A stretch of 64,000 nucleotides of DNA, taken from the NCBI GenBank assembly GCA_965204755.1, contig OZ242011.1, positions 2,752,001 to 2,816,000 on the forward strand, written 5' to 3'. Of the stretch, positions 57,730 through 64,000 are shown one piece after another (the first letter of the stretch is position 1; the number at the start of each line of letters is the position of its first letter). The translations under genes were made by a program, and so were the position numbers. The stretch comes from Candidatus Marinacidobacterium sp. (GTDB lineage: Bacteria; Acidobacteriota; Vicinamibacteria; Marinacidobacterales; Marinacidobacteraceae). The notes beneath the pieces were generated by a model. That model did not search any database, was not told the DNA's origin, and saw nothing but the letters and a program-made list of their open reading frames with translations.

Positions 57730-58740
57730 ATGGTTCCTGCCGAAAGACGACCTGCCGAACGGCCGACGGGCCGAGGCCCCGGCGCCCCATGGATGCGCGC
57801 GAGTTACGCACTCCTGTTCGCCTCCTTCACGGCGTTGTGCGCCATCGCATTCTGGCGACAGCGCGTGTCGGTCGAGCACCTCGAAATCCAGCCGCCGAAG
57901 CCGACCCGTTCGGCGCCCCGCGAGCATCAGCGGCCGTCAGCGCCCCCGGGGACGGCGGCATCGGGCGCTGTCATAGCCGACGGTCCTCCGGCGGAACGGC
58001 TCGTCGCGGCTTCGGCCGCCGGCGATATCGAGGTCGTCCGCGCCGCGCTGAAGGAGGGCGCGTCCCCTGACTCACGGAATCGCGAGGGGCGCGGAGCGCT
58101 CCACTCGGCCGCCGCCAACGGAGAGGACGCCGTCCTGAGAGCCCTCCTCGACGCCGGCGCGAAGATCGAGTCGCCTGACAGCATCGGATGGAGCCCGCTC
58201 ATCTGGGCGGCCTACACCGGAGCGGCGGCGTCCGTGGAAACGCTGCTCGCTGCCGGCGCCGATCCGAATGCGCGATACGACCCGAACCGGGTCACCGCGC
58301 TGGAGCAGGTGGTCGCCGGATGGCGGATGGCCGAATTGCGCGGGAAGCCTGCTCTTCGGGAGTTGGAGCGTCGGCGTATCGCCGAGAGCCTGCTCGCTGC
58401 CGGCGCGGACCCGAATCTGCCGGGGCCGTACGGGCCGCCCCTTCGTCTCGCTCCGCATCTCGACGAACAGCTGCTGGTGTCCCTGCTCCGATACGGAGCG
58501 CGGGTGGACGACCTCCCCGAACTTCGCCGCCTGACCAGGAGAGCGGGGTCGGTCGGGGACGGATTCCGTCGGGCGTTCCGGGAGGCCGATGAACGGGCCG
58601 CGCGCCGTCCCCCATCAGCGGAGGCTCGCCCGCCACGCCCTTCCGGACGAGTCTCTCCGAGGAGTCTTCGTTTACGCGACGGTGACGAAAGTCGCCGCGA
58701 TCCTGTATCCACTGTTTCTACCCAAGGGAGGACATCATGA
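57730..58740 (+). CDS. Membrane-anchored ankyrin-repeat protein
   Basis: N-terminal TM; GRGALHSAAANG, GWSPLIWAAYTG, LLAAGADPN; start uncertain. Confidence 0.8.
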   Translation: MVPAERRPAERPTGRGPGAPWMRASYALLFASFTALCAIAFWRQRVSVEHLEIQPPKPTRSAPREHQRPSAPPGTAASGAVIADGPPAERLVAASAAGDIEVVRAALKEGASPDSRNREGRGALHSAAANGEDAVLRALLDAGAKIESPDSIGWSPLIWAAYTGAAASVETLLAAGADPNARYDPNRVTALEQVVAGWRMAELRGKPALRELERRRIAESLLAAGADPNLPGPYGPPLRLAPHLDEQLLVSLLRYGARVDDLPELRRLTRRAGSVGDGFRRAFREADERAARRPPSAEARPPRPSGRVSPRSLRLRDGDESRRDPVSTVSTQGRTS

Positions 58741-58952
58741 GGATCTTTCTGGCCAACATCGTGGCCGCCGTCCTGTTGACGGCCGGCGCCGTGTTCCTCG
58801 CTGCTGCACCGGTCGCCGCGCAGGGCGACGAGCCCGAGTGCGAGGAGTTCTGCTGGTGGGAATGGCACGAGGAGTGTTTCGTGACTCCCGACGCCGGCTG
58901 GTGTTCCGGACACTTGGACGAGGTTTGCGAGATTCGCTGTCACCACCCGTGA
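58737..58952 (+). CDS. Small secreted six-cysteine peptide
   Basis: GGAGG RBS; Sec signal ending PVAA; mature QGDEPECEEFCWWEWHEECFVTPDAGWCSGHLDEVCEIRCHHP. Confidence 0.75.
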   Translation: MRIFLANIVAAVLLTAGAVFLAAAPVAAQGDEPECEEFCWWEWHEECFVTPDAGWCSGHLDEVCEIRCHHP

Positions 58953-59082
58953 CCAGCCGCTGCGCCGTGAAGGCGCGCGACGGGACTTCTGGACTGGGGA
59001 ACGGAGCGCTTCGGCGCATCGGGTCACTCCCGGTCTCGGGGCTCCGCGCGCGCCCGGCGCGAGCGGGGTCCGGGCGAGTGCC

Positions 59083-61557
59083 GTGTTTGCGCGCCTAGGT
59101 ATCGGGGCACGGACCACGGTCCGTGGCGCGCGTCGGTCGCCTGCCAGCGCGTTGGCGGTCGTCGTCGTTCTCGGCGCGGCGGTCACCGCGGACCTGGCGG
59201 TCATCGCCGTCTGGAGGGCTGTGATCGAACGGTCGTGGCCTTTCCGCTCCCCGGAAACCGTCGTCGAAGTCCGGATGGGCTCCGCGGAACCGGGCTCCGC
59301 CCCCGGAGCGCTCCGCTTCACATGGCCGACGGTGGAAGAAGTGGCGGCGGTGCTCGAACGCTCCGAGTCGTTCACTTGGCTCGGCCAACACACCTTCGAG
59401 GAGGTCGTTATCGGGGACCGTCCGGGCGGCGCTTCGTATCTCGCTGTGTTCGTCGGGGCAGGTCTCCTCGATTCCTTGGGAACGGCGGTCCCCGTGCTGG
59501 GCCGTTCGCTGACCCCGGAGGATCACGCGGCTCCCGGTGCTGCTCCCGGCCGACCTCGTATATCGCCGCGCGGCCAGCCCGTAGTCGTCGTCTCACATTC
59601 CTTCTGGACCTCCGCTCTCGGCGGTTCCGCCGCCGCTGTCGGTCGAGAGATCACGGTCGGCGGCGCTTCGGTGCGCGTCATCGGGGTTCTGCCGCCCGAT
59701 TTCTTCTTCCCGAGACCGGAAGTGGCGATGTGGATGCCTCTTCGAGACGACACGAACTCGACCGACTACCGGCTCTTGGGCACCGCTCGGCCGACCGTCG
59801 GCCGGTTGGCGGCTGGCGTTTCGCCGGAGGCCGCCGCCCGCGAACTGGCGGTGACCCTACGGAACGCCGAACTCTCCATCCGGAGAGGTGGCGAAGTGCG
59901 GGTCATCGTCCAGCGCTTCGGCGAACGAACTACTGCGGCGGTGCAACCGGTCCTCGTCCTCCTCCGGGTCGGCGGTTGGCTGTTCGCGCTCGCCGCCGCG
60001 GTGAGTTGTGCGGGTCTGCGGCTCTTGCGAACCACCCGCGAGCGGCGCGCCACTCAAGTCCGATTCATCCTCGGCGCATCCCTCCTCCACGAGATAGGCG
60101 GGACGGCGCTCCGTATCGCCGCGTTCGCCGCCGCCGCGTTCGCCGGCGCCGCTCTCACGGCGCCTTATCTCCTGCAGTTGTTTCGCCGCCTCGGGGCGGC
60201 GCCGCTCACTGGACAGGAATGGAGCGTGAGCCCGGCCGTCCTGCTCTCGGGTCTCGCCACGACGATCCTCATCGCGACTCTGTCGGAGTCTCCGGCGCTC
60301 GCCGCCCGGCTGCGTCTTCGGAGGAACCCGTTGGCCCCGGCTCCACTCGGCGCCGCGGGCGGCCGCCGAATGCTCCGCAGCCTGCTCGCCGCCGGAATCG
60401 CCTTGGCTACCTCGGCACTCACCCTCACCGCCCTGCTCGGAACGAATGCCTGGGCGCTGCTCGTCGGCCGCGGCGGCTACTCCGACGAGAACCTCGTCCA
60501 AGTCAGCGTGGACTTCTCCGGACGCTCGCCGAACGAGAGGGCTCCGCACCCCGAGAAGATCAACGCGCTGGAACGCGCCGTCGAGCGGCTGGCCGCCTTG
60601 CCGATCGTCGAGGCCGTGGGATACGCCGACTCCCTGCCGGACGAGAGCGCCGGTCGGTCGTTCCGAGTGGGGCGAACCCGGCGAACGCGCAACGAACCGG
60701 TCGTCTTCGGAGGCACCCGGCGAATCCGCGGGGTAAGCCCGGGCCTGTTCGGCGCCCTCCGCATCCCCGTGCGCGAGGGAAGGGGATTCCATCGGTCCGA
60801 CGACCCGCCCGGCGAGCGCGTCGTCGTCGTGGACCGAAACCTCGTGACCCACTCGGACGAACCGGTGCGCGTAGATGGCTTCGAGGAGATCTCGATCTTC
60901 GGCGACGCCCGCGTAGTCGGAATCACCGAGCCCGTCCGCGTGTTCCCTTCCGGCGCCTCGACCCCCGTGGCCTACCACCCCATCGCCTGGGAACCGGGAG
61001 GCCGCTCCGAACTCCGCCGCGCCCAACTCGTGGCCCGCCTCCGCTCCCCGCCCTCGGACGAACAGATCGAGTCTCTCGCCGCCACCGTCTCCACCGCCCA
61101 CCCCCTACTCCGCATCCGCCGCGCCGAAACCACCCGCCAACGCCGCCTCCGCGCCCTCGGAATGGGAGTCCTCGCCGGCGCCGCCCTCGGTGCCTTCGGC
61201 GTCGCCGGCCTCCTGCTCGCCGCCCTCGGCGTCGTAGGAAATGTCCTGGACGAGGCCGCCGCCGGCCGAAAGTCTGCGGCCATCCGCCGAGCCCTCGGCG
61301 CGTCCGAGACCGAAGTCGCCCGAGAAACCCTCCGCCGCACCGCCACTGCCCTCGCCACCGGCGTCAGCCTGGGCGCCATCCTCGGCTTCATCGCCTCCCG
61401 CCTGGTGGCCAACCGCGTCACTTGGGTAGAGACCGGCGACCCCTTCGTCTACCTCGCGCCGATAGCCACGGTACTCCTGCTCGGCGGCGCCGCCGCGCTT
61501 TTCGCCGCCCAACGAGGCGTCCGCGCCGAACCATGGACAGCGCTCCGCTCGCTCTGA
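59083..61557 (+). CDS. Divergent duplicated MacB/FtsX-type ABC permease (ADOP-like)
   Basis: VVVSHSFW...LGG, VIGVLPPDFFFP, GRLAAGVSPE, AIRRALGAS, A.PW.ALRSL. Confidence 0.78.
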   Translation: MFARLGIGARTTVRGARRSPASALAVVVVLGAAVTADLAVIAVWRAVIERSWPFRSPETVVEVRMGSAEPGSAPGALRFTWPTVEEVAAVLERSESFTWLGQHTFEEVVIGDRPGGASYLAVFVGAGLLDSLGTAVPVLGRSLTPEDHAAPGAAPGRPRISPRGQPVVVVSHSFWTSALGGSAAAVGREITVGGASVRVIGVLPPDFFFPRPEVAMWMPLRDDTNSTDYRLLGTARPTVGRLAAGVSPEAAARELAVTLRNAELSIRRGGEVRVIVQRFGERTTAAVQPVLVLLRVGGWLFALAAAVSCAGLRLLRTTRERRATQVRFILGASLLHEIGGTALRIAAFAAAAFAGAALTAPYLLQLFRRLGAAPLTGQEWSVSPAVLLSGLATTILIATLSESPALAARLRLRRNPLAPAPLGAAGGRRMLRSLLAAGIALATSALTLTALLGTNAWALLVGRGGYSDENLVQVSVDFSGRSPNERAPHPEKINALERAVERLAALPIVEAVGYADSLPDESAGRSFRVGRTRRTRNEPVVFGGTRRIRGVSPGLFGALRIPVREGRGFHRSDDPPGERVVVVDRNLVTHSDEPVRVDGFEEISIFGDARVVGITEPVRVFPSGASTPVAYHPIAWEPGGRSELRRAQLVARLRSPPSDEQIESLAATVSTAHPLLRIRRAETTRQRRLRALGMGVLAGAALGAFGVAGLLLAALGVVGNVLDEAAAGRKSAAIRRALGASETEVARETLRRTATALATGVSLGAILGFIASRLVANRVTWVETGDPFVYLAPIATVLLLGGAAALFAAQRGVRAEPWTALRSL

Positions 61558-61743
61558 GCCCTACGCCCTACGAACGGGGCGAACGGTCCTGCCGGAATCA
61601 GCCGACGCAGGGGCCGCCCGATGAGAACCCGGTTAGTTCAGCCAAGTATTACCACAAGGCGTTGGATCGAGTTTGCGTCCACACGGAATCCAACCCGTCC
61701 CGTACGGCAAGGCGCACCGACAGATGCTTCGGCGGGCCAAGCC

Positions 61744-63000
61744 CTACGGCTGATAGTGGGCGTCACGAATACGCCAATAGATGTCGCTGTCCTTTAGTTC
61801 GCTGTTGCGTTCAAGATAGCCCAGCACCGAGTATCGCCCACATGAGGCCGGGTTCATCTTTGCCCCCGCTGACAGAAGGGCTTCAAGGACATCTGGATTC
61901 TTGCTCGAGTTTGCTGCGGAGTGAAGCGGAGTGTCGCCAGTTCTGGTTGGCATCGCTTGGTCTCCCTCATAGTAGCATTTCACTTCGCGACCACCGACTC
62001 GGACTCCTACCCGCTGCCCTGTCCGCGCGGCCACATCCGCCCCCGCGGTGACGAGCGCGGTGACGACCTTCGGATCCGGATTGGAGGAAGCGGCGGCGTG
62101 AAGCGCCGTCGGGCCCAGTTCCCGCTCAACCGCAGGCCCCACTCTGATGGTTGGCGTGGAGCGGTTGCCGGTCGCGGTGTAGGGAACATGAGTATCGGCG
62201 TGGACATCTGCACCCGCGGTCAGCAGCGCGTTGACGACCGCGACGGAGTTCGCCGCGGCCGCGACAATGAGAGGTGTCTGTCCACCATTTGCTTGACTTC
62301 GACCGGGCATTTCCCGTGCCTCGATGTCGGCGCCGGAAGAGAGCAGTGCACGCAATACCGGGACATGCGGGTTGTGGCGCGCTGCTCGAAGGAGGGGTGT
62401 TCCTCTGGCCCCCGTCGGAAAGTAGCCAGTGTCCCACTGTCGCGCCTCACGCCATTGGCCCAGATTGAAGGATCCGTCGTCCAGCGCCTCAATCGGTGCG
62501 CCGGCATCTATCAACATGGCGATCACTGCCGGATGCGAGGTGCCCTCGGCGGCCGTGTGGAGGGGCGTCTTGCCGTCAGTGTTCCGTGAACTGGCGCTCA
62601 GTCCCTCCGTTATGAACCACTCAACCACGTCTGGCGAGGCATCGCACAGACCCGCAAGGTGCAAGAATGTATTCCCCACGCCATCGCGGAACCGGCGAAT
62701 CTGTGTCCTGTCGTCGTCTGAAGCAGCGGAAAGTACGGTCATGGTGAGGACAGACTCGGCAGCTTCGCATGTGCCCGGAGGGAGTCCTTGGAGTGCGGAC
62801 GGTGGACGAACGGGGAGAAGTGTTGATGCTGACGCGGCAAGAAGCGATGCGGTGCCTCGTGCAGTCGGTCGCGCACTGCGCGTGGAGGGTTCGGTGACCG
62901 TTGTCGCAACACTGTGGAGGGGGAACCCCGCCAGAAGTGTGCTGACCGCGATCAGAAGGAAGGGTGAAAAGTTGACGCGATGGCGGTTATCGTGGGGCAT
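61744..63000 (-). CDS. Secreted ankyrin-repeat protein
   Basis: Signal peptide; GNTFLHLA, GKTPLHTAA, GQTPLIVAA, GPTALHAAA, GDTPLHSAA. Confidence 0.85.
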   Translation of the reverse strand: MPHDNRHRVNFSPFLLIAVSTLLAGFPLHSVATTVTEPSTRSARPTARGTASLLAASASTLLPVRPPSALQGLPPGTCEAAESVLTMTVLSAASDDDRTQIRRFRDGVGNTFLHLAGLCDASPDVVEWFITEGLSASSRNTDGKTPLHTAAEGTSHPAVIAMLIDAGAPIEALDDGSFNLGQWREARQWDTGYFPTGARGTPLLRAARHNPHVPVLRALLSSGADIEAREMPGRSQANGGQTPLIVAAAANSVAVVNALLTAGADVHADTHVPYTATGNRSTPTIRVGPAVERELGPTALHAAASSNPDPKVVTALVTAGADVAARTGQRVGVRVGGREVKCYYEGDQAMPTRTGDTPLHSAANSSKNPDVLEALLSAGAKMNPASCGRYSVLGYLERNSELKDSDIYWRIRDAHYQP

Positions 63001-63389
63001 GTGTGTCAGCGACCGGCCAGCGCGACCGGAGGTGGAACGGAAGGGAAAGTATCTTGGTCAGGGGATGCCAAGATTGGGTTTCTGGTGTCCGACGGCGGCA
63101 GCGCGGACGATTCAATCGCTTGCCCGATGCGGGTGGTGCGCCGACCGTCGGTGCTAGGGTGCACACCCATAGAGCGGTTGCCGGCCAGCGGACACCAGAG
63201 GCTCGCACCCTGGCCGCCCAACTGACGGACCGCCGGCTTTGGCGGAGCAGCGCGAGATTCGGAAGGCAAAGACACGGAGTACGCGGTTCGCGGCGCGAGT
63301 GCGGTCAGGTGAGCGCGAGATGGGTCGGCTCTGTGTTGTCTAGCGACGCGACGGAGTGACACCCGAGAGGCTTGTTTCTCTGCTGGCTG

Positions 63390-63728
63390 CTACCGCAGAA
63401 GCGCGCGGCGACGCTTGAAGATCATCTCGTAACTGGCGCTTCCGCGGCCCCGGCTGGTGGCCCGCCGGGCAAACACCAACTCCCACCCGTCCTGCCCGAG
63501 GGTGTCCATGGTCTCCTCGAAACTCAGGTCGTCAGGAGACTCGATCGAGTACTCCCACCTGGGCGCGAGGATCTGCAGTCCCAAGGCGTGCAGAGCCAGT
63601 AGTCCCGTGATCACGCCGATCAGGATGACGGTCCAGTTCGTCGTCTTGGTTGACTTCGGTGGCGTGGGCACGGGTGGGGCGTCGGGCGGCGCGTCCTTGC
63701 TTGACGGTTCGCCAACAGTCGGTGCCAT
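63390..63728 (-). CDS. Small membrane protein with DUF4177-like domain
   Basis: TM followed by WEYSI...LGQDGWELV...MIFKR. Confidence 0.62.
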   Translation of the reverse strand: MAPTVGEPSSKDAPPDAPPVPTPPKSTKTTNWTVILIGVITGLLALHALGLQILAPRWEYSIESPDDLSFEETMDTLGQDGWELVFARRATSRGRGSASYEMIFKRRRALLR

Positions 63729-64000
63729 GAGGAGACCTCGCGTGTTCACTACGGCGTTGGTTGCGCCGTTCAGGGAGCGTCCTCGACTCGAGCGGGGGAC
63801 TCGGGACGGTTCGCCATCAGTTCGAAAGGTGTCAGGGCTCGCGTTCGAAGTCGGCCCGTCGGTGCCGCCGGGGAGTCGGTGATGGTCTGGCCGGCCCGAG
63901 CGGCGCACTTCCACACGGGCGGGTCCGAGGTTCGGGCTGACGCCGTGGCCGGCGAGAACGGGTCGTCAGGCAACCTGGCTTCGCGAGCGGCGGAGAGCAG

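Overview
High-GC bacterial chromosomal window. The taxon is inferred to be Acidobacteriota from two orphan duplicated MacB/FtsX 'ADOP'-type permeases, and a host-associated lifestyle (e.g. sponge symbiont) is suggested by FN3 lipoproteins and ankyrin proteins. Housekeeping and metabolic genes include an M20 amidohydrolase, tRNA-Leu(CAG), RNase R, ppx, apaH, selB, radC, fur, larC, tatD and a polyprenyl synthase. Accessory blocks are: (1) a PhoB/PhoR-like pair divergent from a TonB-dependent receptor-lipoprotein operon near ppx/apaH; (2) a large FN3 lipoprotein frameshifted at a G17 tract; (3) an orphan IS21-like end abutting a 1.7-kb array of 14 x ~121-bp GATCGA-phased hairpin repeats directly upstream of selB; (4) a defence-like island (DUF1828, AAA ATPase, vapBC between two diverged direct copies of an SRPBCC-GNAT segment, and a type I R-M locus carrying cargo genes and a structured ~262-bp tandem repeat); (5) an ankyrin / secreted six-Cys peptide / ADOP permease cassette. 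Many genes have a TANNNT hexamer 6-9 nt before the start codon, suggesting widespread leaderless mRNAs. All family calls are from motif recognition by eye, not database searches.
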